Source: Rhina ancylostomus
Lineage: Eukaryota
NCBI GenBank assembly: GCA_030265395.1
Contig: JARFYF010000112.1
Span: forward strand, 68,533,887 to 68,590,166
DNA length: 56,280 nt
Direction: 5' to 3'
Within the stretch, counting starts at the first letter, position 1, and every line of letters begins with the position of its first letter. Shown piece after piece: positions 1 to 24,597 of the stretch. The translations under genes were made by a program, and so were the position numbers. The notes under the pieces were generated by a model. That model had not been told where the DNA came from. It did not search any database and saw only the letters and a list, made by a program, of their open reading frames with translations.

Positions 1-379
1 AAACTTGGGGTTGATTGGTGGAGACTGTTGAAATTCCATGCGGGTGCAAGAGGAAATACTCTCTCAGTATTGGAGCTGGATTATGTTTTGAGGAAAAGGA
101 GAAACTTTATCCCAAGCCTTCCTGTACAACGCGAGGGTGCTTGAAATTTCCATTCTGAATGCACATTTATTTCTTAGATTTTGCAGTTGCAGAATTACAC
201 TGGTTCTTTTCTGATTTCAAAGGGGCATATTTTGAAGCTTGTGAACAGCATTCCAAGGGATAGAAGTCATTATTGTTTCACTGATCTTGATTCTGTTTCT
301 GCATGTGACTTATTTTTCAGAAATCTTTCTCTGCCTGATGCTTTTTTTCCCTTTCTTTCTCCTCTTCTGCTCTGTTCAG

Positions 380-12167
<11,788 letters not shown>

Positions 12168-14621
12168 TTTTTGGACATACTTCTGCCCACATCTTCACTG
12201 CACTGTGATCGTATTGCAAATGTTACATCAAAATGGTGATCAATAGATACAGATACTCAAGCCCTTTATTCCAGTATATGTCAGTAAAAATTTGAATGAC
12301 AGTTGTTCCCTAAATTTTTCACGCTAACTAGCTAAGAATGTTGGCCACAAACTGGCTCCACATGACCATATACACTTCCATCCATTGTACAAACTTCTTT
12401 TGATTTGAATTTTTATTTATCAATTATTCCATGAAATATTTCAGCAATGTATCTAAAGTCTCTGTTTATTACCAGGTCGCTGCAAGTTGGACTAGAATTT
12501 TTTAAATATATTTACACATGACTGGATGATACTGAGCAAGGATAACTCCATCAGATTAAATAGAAAATACAGTGATGTATCACAGTATGAAATGTCCAAG
12601 AAAGTTTCTATTAACCCCCTACCATTAAAACAAATTTCTCAATTATAATTGTAAAAACTGAATAGAAATTAGTTGAGTAAATGAGCAGCAACTTTTTTTC
12701 TATTCAGTAGATGTATTTCAAGTCTTACAGCTGTGATGGAACTCATCTGTTCCAGTTCAGTTTCCTGGCTGATTTTAGGAAAGATTAATGTTTATAAGTG
12801 TGTTCTACTTTGGAAATCTGTTCACTCAGATTACCAAGTAATAGCAGAAATAGTGGATTTAATTGTGTTTAGGGGCACACAGTGCAATGGGTTAATGTTC
12901 AGAGACCCGAATTTAATATATGCATCAGAACAAAATTATTGGTTGTCTGAAATATTATGACTGTGTAAACTTTCATAAAGTTGCTAAAGTGCTAGATGAT
13001 CGAAACACAATTAGACACAGATACAGTTTGTGTACTGAATTCATTCAAATTATACGGTACATATTGCAAAATTATATTCAAGTGATGTTACAAAGTTTTT
13101 GATTTTTATATATTTATTAAAGATCAGATGTTTTACAAACAGCATTTTATTACACCCATATGCTATTTGTGGTATCTTTTGAAGTACAAGTTAATGTTGT
13201 CATGCAAAGAAAAAGCACTAGTTCTAATGGAATAATAAGCTCCAGTTGTGGAGCCCAAGACCCTCTCCAGTCTATCAAGAATTTAGATTTAATTACAACC
13301 CAATTGATTGACTGAGTTCTGTCAAGCTTTGCTATGGTGCCGCAGCTTACATTGCAGAAACATACTACCTGTCAGTCCGAGTAGTATTGCAGTACCACAG
13401 AAAAACCCTGTCATTCCATCTATGAGAGTATTGCATGAGTTATAAGATGAGGAAAATAGAGGAGAAATTTCAATTTAATGTTTTTATTCAACTAGAATTG
13501 TTGGGTTGAATCCCTGTAATATTTGATCACTAGTAAAAAGCCATGTGATCAGTTTAAACTGATTTACTGTTGCCAGATCCCAGCCATGGGAAGGCATACA
13601 TGTGTATATATTTAAAAGTAAACTATGGCAGTAAATTTATGTGTAGAACAGAGTATTTTCAATATAATGTATGCTCCTTGGTAAGGTACAGAAATCATTT
13701 TTTTAAAAAACCACAACCCCTTCTTGATATGCTTGTAAATGTCGGTAAAAGCATCTCGTATTGAAGCTCCTTACTCAGCTAAGAATGCCAACACTACAGA
13801 TCTTTGAGTTGCATTTTTAATTGGTGTTCCCTTCAGATCAGAATGGCTAAATGAGAAGAATAATGTTGTACTTTTATACACTTAATTTTTTAATACAATT
13901 TGGCATGAACCTACAGCTAAAAATTGTCAGTTAATTAATCCAGATTACATAAATTGAAATGAAACGTATAATCAAGCAGTTCAATTATAAATTCACTGGT
14001 ACAAAGAAAAGCAGGAACGGCAGTTGTGTGAAACTTTGGACCTCTAACCAGCCAATGGTCAATGAGCATCCATTGAAAACGGGAAGTAAATGAAAATACT
14101 TGAAATTCCTGTCCTTAATTGTGTTGAATGATTAAAATATCTTCGATTATTTAAAGTTTTTTTATCTTCATTGTTTTAATCAATGTTATGCCAGCTGTAA
14201 CTCAATAGACATGCTAAATTTATGAAAGGCATAATCCAAAGGACCAGATACAAGAATTATTCAATGTTATTGATGTGGTGAGAAGAAATTATAATGATTA
14301 GATACCAAACTATGGTTCATAATTGCTGTCCAATGCACTACAATGTATATTTTGGTCTCTAGGTTATTTCATTATCTTAACAGTTATATTTTTCAATTAA
14401 ATCCATTTAATTCTATCCAAATAGTATTGTTTGTCATTTATTTAAAAATATATAATTTTGGTTTTTGGTGCATGGGGCCTTTGAGATTTGTATAACCTCC
14501 TTAGTTGTCATATTTAAGCTTCTGTCAGATATTGTGATTCAGATCTATTCCTGTATTGCGTTGTAGCCATTGAAAGTATTTATCTGCAATGTTGTTCTTG
14601 TCTGAGTAATTTCTTTAGTAG

Positions 14622-14826
14622 TATAGTCAAACTCTAGTAACATACCATCTGATCGTTGAAAATCCTGATGGTTCGGCATTAGGCTCACCAGATCCCAAGC
14701 ACTCTTGAAACTTGGGAATTTTTACATACTGAGTAACATCTAAAAAATTTTAATCAACTGCATTGGGGTACAGTACAGAAACCCTGTGAGTCTGGCACCA
14801 CCATGCCAAATTGGAGTTTTGCAGTA
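14622..14826. mobile_element. Possible decayed pogo/Tigger-like MITE
   Basis: TA-flanked imperfect inverted ends tatagtcaaactc ... gagttttgcagta. Confidence 0.3.
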
Positions 14827-16349
14827 TTGTTCAAATTATTCTGTCTTGCATTACCACCACCTAGTTCATTGCAGAAATCTTCAAATTGCGTTCCCTTCAA
14901 CAATGTTGGTTTTAAGTTTGGACCAAAAGTAACATTAGTCATAATGTGATACTTTTAATGCATTAACAAAAGCCTTAATTATTATTTTTGGAATAATTGA
15001 ATCCTCGATACTGAATTCTATGATGCTGCTTATTCAAAGCATTTCTTGCTAAATACAACCCTTGCTGACTGTGGTTTGAGCAACAAAAGAGGCTTGTGTT
15101 CACTTTTGATATTACATGTTTGAAGTGGGTATTGATTTTTGTTTTAATTAATCTATGTTTAAATTTTTTTTTAAATCGCTTGTTAAAGTCAAAATTATTT
15201 ATTCCTAATGATGGCCCATCCAGCAATAATGTGTTGATATGGTACTTAACCAGCTATCGTTAATGTCCTGAGTCTTTGCAGTACCAATGAGTCATCATTC
15301 ACCTTGTATGTATTGTAGAATTTCTGTTGGGCTACATGTGGAGAGATTTGTTTCATCTATATGTGCTACCAACATATTTTGTAAAATTAAATATCAAATA
15401 CATATTACAATGTCAAGTTTAAATAGTCTGGTAACTTCTATCATGGAGATAACACAATCTCAACTGTTAGTTAAGTCAGATGGCAATGATTAGAGAGACG
15501 GGTATACAGAATGCTGTTGTCTGTGACTTTTAAGTTTAAGGTAGTTCATATTAATAGCATTTTAATCTCTTTTGGATCCAAAAACACAACTTCTTATGAT
15601 TTGCTTTATTAAGAACTTAGGTAATTCTGTGCTTCTAGTTTAACCTTTGTAAAGAGATTGCAATCTGCTTATAAAGTGTCTTCGGTGTCTCTGCAATTGC
15701 ACCATTTGTGCTCAGGGCTAAAACTGACAAAGCAGATTAATTATCTACTGTGGATGGAAGTTTGAAATGTGTTTTGAACTTGACATTTTTATTAATTGTC
15801 CATAAATCTAATGGTATCTAATCTTTTAGTTTTAAGATTTGTATTTTTTATTATATCCAGCATGCTGAATTCAGAAATTTTCCCTTGTTTGACAGAATAA
15901 TAACTAAGATTCAAATGGGCACAGTGCTATGTTTTGGAGTGGCATTTTATTGGCTTGGCATTGTTTTTCTTTGAATGCTGGAGCCACTTGCTTTAAGTAT
16001 GTTCTATTCTTATTAAATTATTAGAACTGTGCCTTTTTCTTTGCAAAGGCAGGATTAGTGGCCAGCCAATAGATCTATGCCAAGTGCTCTCTTTGGCACC
16101 TAAATGTATCAACTCCCCCATATCATTATCCCTTCCCCATTGCACTATAACCTCTGCTAACTTTTAATGTGCAGANNNNNNNNCCAAATTCGCAGACTTC
16201 TAGGCATTGAGCTTTATAGTTCCAATGCTGAATATCACTGTGCAGGCTGGTTCGGAACTTTGTTAGAAATTTGTATGTGGCCTTGTTCAGTCTGTCACTT
16301 GTGGTAAATGGAATATGTTCTTAGTTATTAGTGAACTGCATTGATATTT

Positions 16350-16355
16350 AATAAA
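16350..16355 (+). terminator. Candidate distal polyadenylation signal of OCRL
   Basis: AATAAA followed by a T/GT-rich tract; further AATAAA near 16527 and 16546; proximal ATTAAA at 13116. Confidence 0.35.
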
Positions 16356-17989
16356 TTCTATTGTTTTAAATGTTATAAGTTTTCTGTTTTTTTTATATGC
16401 AGTTCCACTGTGTCACTGGATTGTATTTTTGGCTTTTAGTCACTTATTAATGAAACTATTTTCTCAGTAGTATTATACAGCTCTGTAGTTTCATAATGTT
16501 AAATAATCCCTGGAGTTTATTCTGGGAATAAAGTGTAGATTTATTAATAAAGGTCCTGGCCTAGGGCATAAGGTGGAGGTTAAAGTTCACTTAAGTATAT
16601 CCTCCTATAAAATCTCCAGGAGGTAAAATTTCAGTTGCATCTTCCTTTTAAATAGAAAAATGAAACATTTCCATTTAATTATTGGGTAAGTAAAAGTTGT
16701 GATTTCATTTTTTTCTTTGGCCTATATCAATTCATCCAAACTTGTGCAAATACAATTTAATTTCCAGAGTAATATTCTCACCAACATAAGGAAATCTGGA
16801 GGATAATTTGAGCCACAGAGCACAACTATCTGACTCTATGNNNNNNNNNNGATTGAAGAGCTTGGGTGGCTGAAATATTTTAAATACCAAGAATTATCTC
16901 AGCATTTGCTAGAAAAAGGCCTTGCACAGCAAGGCAGGTGGCTAGGTAAGGGAGGTGTATTTGGGAAGGGTCATTCAGCAGAAAGCTGTGATCCTGTCCT
17001 GAACTTAAGAGGTGATCAGGGTTGAAAAGGTCTTATTTCTCAAAAAATGTGATGACTGCAATCTGTCAATTCTTCCAGCCACAAACTGAAGCCATGACTT
17101 CCAGGCATCTTGCTTCTCTCAGGCTGCTAGGAGAAATATCAGTGCCCTGCTACATAATGGATACCGGAAGTTTTTGACACAGAGGTGCAGTTTACCTCAT
17201 TCCCTTTTGGCAAAGAGCAAGAAGACTAAACATGAGAGTGTGTGTGTTGCAGAATTCCCCATAGTAAGTGTGGTTAATGATATGCATGTTGCCTTGCATG
17301 CATCTTGTGAACTCACTATTTTCATAAAGCAAATGGGATTTTACTTCGATGTGTGGCTGTGGTACATGGCCAGCAACCTGATTCTAGAGCTGAGGAGGTC
17401 CCTGCAGCAGGGAAGTTGTCAGCACTGGTTGTGTTAAATGTCTGGAGCATATAATCAAAGCAACACAAAAATGCCAGAGGAACTCAGCAGCTCACCCTGA
17501 CCTGCTTCTAATCAAAGCAGTTGGGCACCCATTAAAAGAAGGAAGTGAGATGGATCCCTGCTCCTGTTGCCTCTGCCGCCTTCACTGTCTTCTGGCTCCT
17601 ACTTCTGACTTGTTTGCATCTTCAACCTGCTTCCTCCCACTAAAATATTTTCCAGTTGTCATTCAGCATGAGGAGGAGTGCAGTCATTTTTACCATTTTG
17701 ACCTGTTAAAATAGGAATGGGTAGTCACTGTAGATGAGGCTCAAGGGAGCAAGAGGAAGAGCAGTTACAATGCAGATTATATCTTTCTTCCTAGACAGAA
17801 TCATCAGCTGTATCAGTTACCTTGACTACACTTCCACATCTGCATGTAGCCCACAGACTTTGCCTTTTTTTTCCACTGATCACCTAATATAAATAAAGCC
17901 AACCAGATATTGCACATTCTAGGAAGGGTACAAGTGGGAACCAGAACACTTTCACCCGGAATGAAACCCAACATTAGCTTTCCATAAAT

Positions 17990-18700
17990 TATGGTACTCT
18001 ATTGGAGAACCGATTTATGGTCTGTTGTGCCACCTTGAGCACCCACTCAACTTGTGGTTTCCAGATAAATTCCCACTCCCTCTTGAGTATATGGCCAGAG
18101 GGCCTCCTGTTCTCAAGCTCAGGGTTTCATTATAGGTTTGCACCAAGACTTTGATGGCAATGGTCTGAGAGCTCCTTGACTTGCAGTGGAATCTGTAACA
18201 TCACTGATTAGTTATTGCAGAATGTGGACTGCATAGATGTGCCGATGAAGGTCACCAACTGTTTCATGTAGGAATAGATGTTTTCCAAGCTCTGGAAAGC
18301 CTGTGCCAAGTGGTGTTGGGTTCCTTGGTGCTTAATGCAACTAGGATTCTAACAGGCTTTCCAGTGCACCAAGCAATTGGTTGTATATCTTTTAGCACAT
18401 GGCCCTTTAATGCTTCCTTGGTAGAATGTGATTTTTGCCACAATATAGTGAATTGAGTAATTGATGAGGGTAGAAGTGTAAGTAGGAGGATACGCCATTT
18501 GAAAATCAACTCATTTACCTTGACTCGTGAGATTGTTGGGCTTCTTCCAACCAAAGTATTCCATGCTCTTAGAGCTGCGCTCCTGGAATTGATTTCTGCC
18601 ACTGCCATTCATCATTCCACTCTGAGGATGTATCTGAAGGGCCTTCTGCTCCCTGGCAGAAATAAGTTAATGCTCTTCACTTAGCTTACACCAGACTTTC
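17990..18700 (+). mobile_element. Very decayed non-LTR retrotransposon C-terminal region (I/Nimb/RTEX-like, uncertain)
   Basis: Remnants LNAT.RILTG..., P.NWLYI..H.A.., GLLLPGRNKL.LF..L in the order seen after the RT domain in such LINEs. Confidence 0.3.
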
Positions 18701-19363
18701 AATAACATGCATTTATTTATTAATTGAACTATTACCAAATACTTCTGAAATGTATCCTGTCACTTTTTGAAGCAATAGTACATCTCCCCTTTGTACACAA
18801 ATGTCCTACACTTGGCATTTGTGATTTTGTACCCCTTGCTGGTACATACAGCCAAAGAGTGCACACAGCAATCAGGAAAAACTGCAGACCGTGTATGTTT
18901 AGTTTTCTACAATGAAACGGATGTGCATTAATTGTGCCCATACTATCTCCCAAACTTGTAAAGTAATCTTAACAAATTAGTTATGTAGTCAAGGAAACAA
19001 CCAGTTGGCATTTATCTGATGGAGCCTTTTAATTGACTACCCCATCATGCACTCACAAAGTGGGAAGAGAAGGGACAAAATGTTTTCTTGATAAGATGAG
19101 GGCTTTGGCAGAAGACATTATTGTACATGAGAGTCCAATTCAAAGACTTACAGCAGTTAACAATGAAAAGCAGTTTCTTAAGAACAAGTAATCAAAAAAA
19201 TAACAAACAGATCCAAACGATAACACGAATGAATTAATGTTTGCTGAGATAGACTTCATAATGATGATGCTTTGTCCAAAACATTAGAATAATAAAATGT
19301 GTGCTGCTGAAATATGGAACAATTCATAATTATGGTCTTTGTAAATTAAATCTGTTCTGTCAG

Positions 19364-19405
19364 ACTATACTTGATTGAAGTGACACTATACTTGATTGAA
19401 GTGAC
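19364..19405. repeat. Perfect 21-bp tandem duplication
   Basis: actatacttgattgaagtgac x2. Confidence 0.9.
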
Positions 19406-19894
19406 AAAATTATTAATTGCACTGTTAATGATTACCCTTCACAATTCATTAAAAATAAGTTATTTCCTATTGTGCTCATGAAGTTTGCAATTAAACTTTA
19501 TTGAACATCTATTAAATCTATATATTTTTCTAATTTTTGTTTGGTTGATTTATTCTATTGAGGCTTTATTGTACAGAGCTAAAATTTAGATGTTAAAACT
19601 ACCAATAGAATTAAGAGAAATTTTGTCCTGATATATGCAGAACTAGTGATGATACAACATCCTGTATACACATCTTGAAAATGTCTATATTTATAGTTTG
19701 CTACTTGCAACTTGAGAGGAGGAATTTTATTGAAGAACTGGGGTGACAATTAAATATTCCAATTGACCTAATAACTGGATGGCATTTCAGTGTTTCATGA
19801 GCAATTGTTCTTTTCCTTTTAATTATTCTTGGTCCTCCTCAAGGCTCTCATCCCAGTGACTGGGCAGATGTGGATTCAGTCCAACTAGAAGCAT

Positions 19895-20850
19895 GATGGA
19901 TATGATCTTCACTGTGTTACAGGTCCAAGAAAAATGCAGGAAACATCATTAACCACTGGACAAGGCCTTTTACTGACCTCATAAAAGCCTTTGGTTTCAT
20001 CAATCAAGCTGCAGTTTGCAGAAGGTTCTTGAATATACTTAGGTTTGGAGCCCAAATTCAAAGTCATATGAGAGAATCAGCCTTACAATAAGTAGAAGAA
20101 CAGAGGTCCACTACCAGCCTGGCTCCATTGCATAACACTGCTTGCCATCCCCCCACCCTGGGGCTAAAAAGATCAAAGACCTTTATCTCAGGAGCAGCCG
20201 CTGATAAAATTCACCATGAACTGTAGTGCAGCAGCACAGCCTTTAACCCTCTGAGGAAGCGTGTTTGATGATCTCATTCTTAAACCTGGCACAAAGCTCA
20301 GTGCACTGGACTCAGCAATTGACGTTGTATGGTTCTGTTCTACTGAAACATGGTGCTGCCGAGGCACAGTTCTCATGGGGTTTACAAGGAAAGTTATGCT
20401 CCATTCTCCCCATGATAAATCTTGCCTGAATTGTACTTTATACCTCTGCTGACTTCTAAAAATGTATTCAGAATTAAGAATACATGTCCTTTTTTTGAGT
20501 TTTGCAGCCTTAATAAATAATGAAGATTTGAAGTTTACACTCAGCTGTCTGTTAGTCACAGTGGAGTCTGTGCCTTTAATGCTGACATCATCAGAGTATG
20601 CAAAAACAAGTCCACTTGGTCTTCCTGCACCAATGTGTCAGGCTGGATTCGCCAGATGAGCTGATTATCAACTGCTGGGAATTTTGGAAGGTTTTAGGGG
20701 AAATTGCAGCCATAAATGCCCAAGAGGTAGCCAGCAACTGGTGTTTCAAGAGATCCATCCCAGTATGTGCTGACACAGTTTATTCTAATGCTGCTGCATG
20801 TAATCAGTCCCCAGTGACTCTCAAGTTGCCAGAGTTTGTTGTGTATGGAT
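19895..20850 (+). mobile_element. Decayed RTE (BovB-like) LINE fragment
   Basis: DMIFT..QVQEKCRK....L.KAF.DL.KAF, and D.IHH.L.CSS.AF..LRKRVFDD..LKPGTKL. Confidence 0.75.
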
Positions 20851-21790
20851 GCCAATAACACTAAAAATAAATACAATAAAAACTTGTGTTTAAGTAGGTC
20901 AATGAATCTTTTTTAAAAAATACTGAACAGGATATCTATCAGCTCATACAATACCAATTGTGCTGGTTGGCCTGATGCAAGTAGTGATTTGTGGTAAAGA
21001 TGTCTGAGCCCAGTGTTATACTGTTGGCAAACTGCATACTTGCATTATTTTATTAGGTACTAAATGTAAGCTATGACATAAATATAGTTCTTGTTATTAA
21101 TTCTAGGTTTTCAGATAAAATGTGAAATGTTAGGAGGTGGTTAGGTAATATCATTTCCCAGCTAATTGCATTTGGGTAAGAATAATGCAAAAACTAATAA
21201 TTTTTGGGGTTGGGAACATTTTTAAATTTGAATCTTTCATAATTCAGTGCCCTTATTTAGCAAAGCCTTATAAATATGAAATACCAAGTGTGCTATGATC
21301 TTCTGCAGCAACCTTGTTATAAAGAAGCAAATTGTCCATGGATTAGTTTCTGCCTCCAAATCTCTAATAATTTCTAGCAAAGGTATTAGGCTGATAATTA
21401 GGCTAATCTCCATGTCCACACAGTTAAGTAAGCCACCTCAAACTGTTAGACTAAGCACCAAACACACACAAGCAGCCATTGAACTGTACCTTAAGGAAAA
21501 TGGAGAAAATAAGTCACCTGAAAAGTTGATATTGACTTTGTAAACAAGGTGGTCCTTTATAGAGCAGTATTTGCTCAGTGATTAATGCAATAGTTGATAG
21601 AAATAACCAGCCTACTTGTATTCATTTTGAAAGGGTAAGTCAAGCAAACGTATTAATCTTTTTTTCTTGTCAAACTGAGCCATTACAATCACAAACTATT
21701 ACAACTCAAATTGTTGGGTGTAAACTTGTATCTAATTTAAATAAATTAGAACTTGGTTGTTCATTGGCAAAACAATAACTGATAGAATGC

Positions 21791-21796
21791 TTTATT
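21791..21796 (-). terminator. Candidate polyadenylation signal of the EVA1C-like gene (3' UTR about 2.4 kb)
   Basis: AATAAA on the - strand followed by a GT-rich tract (gttattgttttg). Confidence 0.4.
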
Positions 21797-24229
21797 ATTT
21801 GAAAGAGAGTAAGCATCAAAGCAATATTTCAGAAAAATATATATCTAAGCACAACAAAAATCATAGTTGTCGTTTTAGGAAAAAGCCACAGACTAATTGC
21901 ACAAGTTACTGCAAACAACAATAATGTGAATTAACAGTTAATTTATTTTGACTGAGGTGAATATTGGAGAGCACTGTGATGTCCCCAGAATAGCTAGGTG
22001 GCATTTTCATTTGATCATTTCATCCTAATGTAGCACATTTTAGTTACTGTTCTGAAGTATTGTCTTAGATTTTATAAATGCATTTTGGAGGTGGGATTAG
22101 AACCACACATTTTGGCTCCAAAATAAGTGTAATAAATTGAACCAAGTTGACACAAAGTTATTGTTTAGGGTAAAATATGGTTTTATATTGTAATGTACAG
22201 ACTGCAATTAGTTCTGCTTCAGACACCCTTATGTATATCAGTGACTATATACTTGAGAAGCACCTAGCTTTGCAGTCTTGACAAACTTGGTCATCATGAT
22301 AAGGCTAAAGTACTAGAAAAAACAATAAAAATAATGCATAAAACTGAAGTTGTATTTTCAAGCTTTGCGATACTTCTTGATGCTCCTAGTCAAATATTTT
22401 GCAAGGAAAAATTCTCCCAATGGTTTACAAACCATAATGCTCTGAATTATTTCAAGCCATATATTAAAAAGTTAATAAAACATTCATTTTTTTAAAGGAA
22501 GAAGTGGCCAGTTTATAAATTTTGATTCCAATCCAAGCTGGGTACTCATTGAGCCCAATATAAAGCAGCACAGCAGTGGATACCTATATGTTACACAACG
22601 AGAAATATAGCCAGCCTTTCACATTTGAAGAACTCATTGAGAGTGAAGACTTAGTTTGCCTGCGCATCAAGAATAGAAAGAACAAAGCCTTATTTAATAT
22701 TGAATTAGTGACTTATTTAATCCAAGAAGCTGTGAATTATTTCAAACTCCTGAGTAAGAAGCTATGTATTGAGTTGTTCAGAAGGTCAAGATATATTGAA
22801 AGTCTTTCTTCATGAGTTTTCAGAGTGCATTGGCATAAATAACAGGGTGTGATATAAATTTTAAATCTTCAGCTTGAATTCTTATGCACTTTGGGTCATT
22901 CATGTCATTAATGAACATATGTCACAACTCTCAAAGCAGGTAAAAAATATTTGTTCATGTTACAAAATGCCAGAATGAAGAAGCAAATATGAGCTTTTCA
23001 AGAGCTAAATGTGTAATGCAGATGGCATGAATTCAAGAATATTCATTAGACACAGAGATCTTCAGATGTCTTTCTGCACCAGATTTAGTCATGTATCTCT
23101 TTAAATGGAGCCTGATTTTACAAGTCAAATGAATCATAAACAAAATCATCAAAATGCTGCTTTCACAATAGTCATGAAGTGGGGAAAGAATAATCACTTT
23201 TTTACTTATCTACATCCTATTAATGAAAGGCAGTTGGCATATTTAACTACATAAATAATTTGTTTGTCTTCACTAGGTTTACATTCCAAGTAAAAGGGGA
23301 GAATTTTTTCAAAAGGATTTAATCACCATTTATGGGTTAATATCCAATTCACTCAGACTATGCATAGAATATTTCCTACAAACACAACGATGCCATTAAC
23401 TTTGTTCTTGTAACATCAAAAGCACATCATTCTGCTTTATTCCCATGTTACACTCCACAATTTGTATTGGTGAAATTGACTTCAGCCAAGGATGATCTCC
23501 CATACTAATGACTACATTCTAGATGTTGCAAGAGTTGAGGTTTACTGTTCGATTGTGAAGCAAATAGTATTAAAGCAGCATTGAATCATTGCAGGACCTG
23601 TAGTTTTTTGTTAATTCTCTAGTGGGAGATTAATGAGTGAATTTGGAGTAAGTAATTGCGAAGTATAATTACAACAAATATGGCCACTCCATAACTGTGG
23701 TTTCCTGCCCTTCAGAACTGTTCTGCTGTGAACAAATATTAAAGATTGACCGGCAGAAAACCACTGCAAGCAACTCAGTAAAAATATAATTATAAAGAAG
23801 GGTTCTTTTTCCATTTTCCTCATACACTTTGGTTTATTAATCATAAAACTGATACGCTGGTCGGAGTTGGTCATATGATGAAACTCCAAGAATATCTTCA
23901 ACCTCAGCTGGCAATTCTGGTGCAGTCGTGAAGGGTTGGGACTTAGTGAAGGAGATGCAAGAATGATGTGGCAATAAAGGGCAACCCACCTGTGGGCCAC
24001 TGCCCCGTTACAGAAGTCCTAGTGTGGTTCCTTTGCTTCTTTTCCCAGTACATTCACTGCAAATCTACAGGCAACAGGAATTTTGCTTGGGTTTGACTTA
24101 TGTTCTATATTCGATGTACCATCATCATTCAATCCATTCCCTTTGTATTCCGCACTTCAGCTTTACTTATCCAATTGACTCCATCCTTATCCCTCAACTC
24201 TGTATCTCACATTGCTCTGTTAATATTTG

Positions 24230-24597
24230 TTACTGATGCTGATTTAGGTTCTGGATTGCATAGGGGCTAGTCTCCTTGTTCAGCCACATTTCCTTGTCTC
24301 TTTCTTCATTCTGTTCCCCTCTGTCTACCATCACAGCTGCCACCTCTGGGCTGAAGATATTATCTGATGTCCTGTACTGTCTGGTCAACTGTCGAAATGA
24401 GGTATCAGAGGAGGCATCATCTTCATCATCTGAAATCTTGGTTTGCCCATTTTCACTTTCTTGAGTGTCTTCTGCCTCATTTTGGAGCTTCCTGATGTCT
24501 TGTCTCAGTAGCAGATGAAATCCAAAAGTGCAGAGGATAAACACTAAGCCAGAACATACACCAGACATGAAGAACAGGGCTACTTTCTCTGGGAGTC
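24230..24597 (-). CDS. EVA1CL: EVA1C-like terminal exon (TM helix and acidic cytoplasmic tail) to TAA
   Basis: ctcag|GACTC...; LPEKVALFFMSGVCSGLVFILC...EMWLNKETSPYAIQNLNQHQ*. Confidence 0.92.

Noticed and set aside
18264-18608. 114-aa minus-strand ORF
   Set aside because: No homology motif or splice context; likely an antisense frame of a decayed element.
23611-24000. 129-aa minus-strand ORF in the EVA1C-like 3' UTR
   Set aside because: Non-ATG start and no recognisable domain; consistent with chance.
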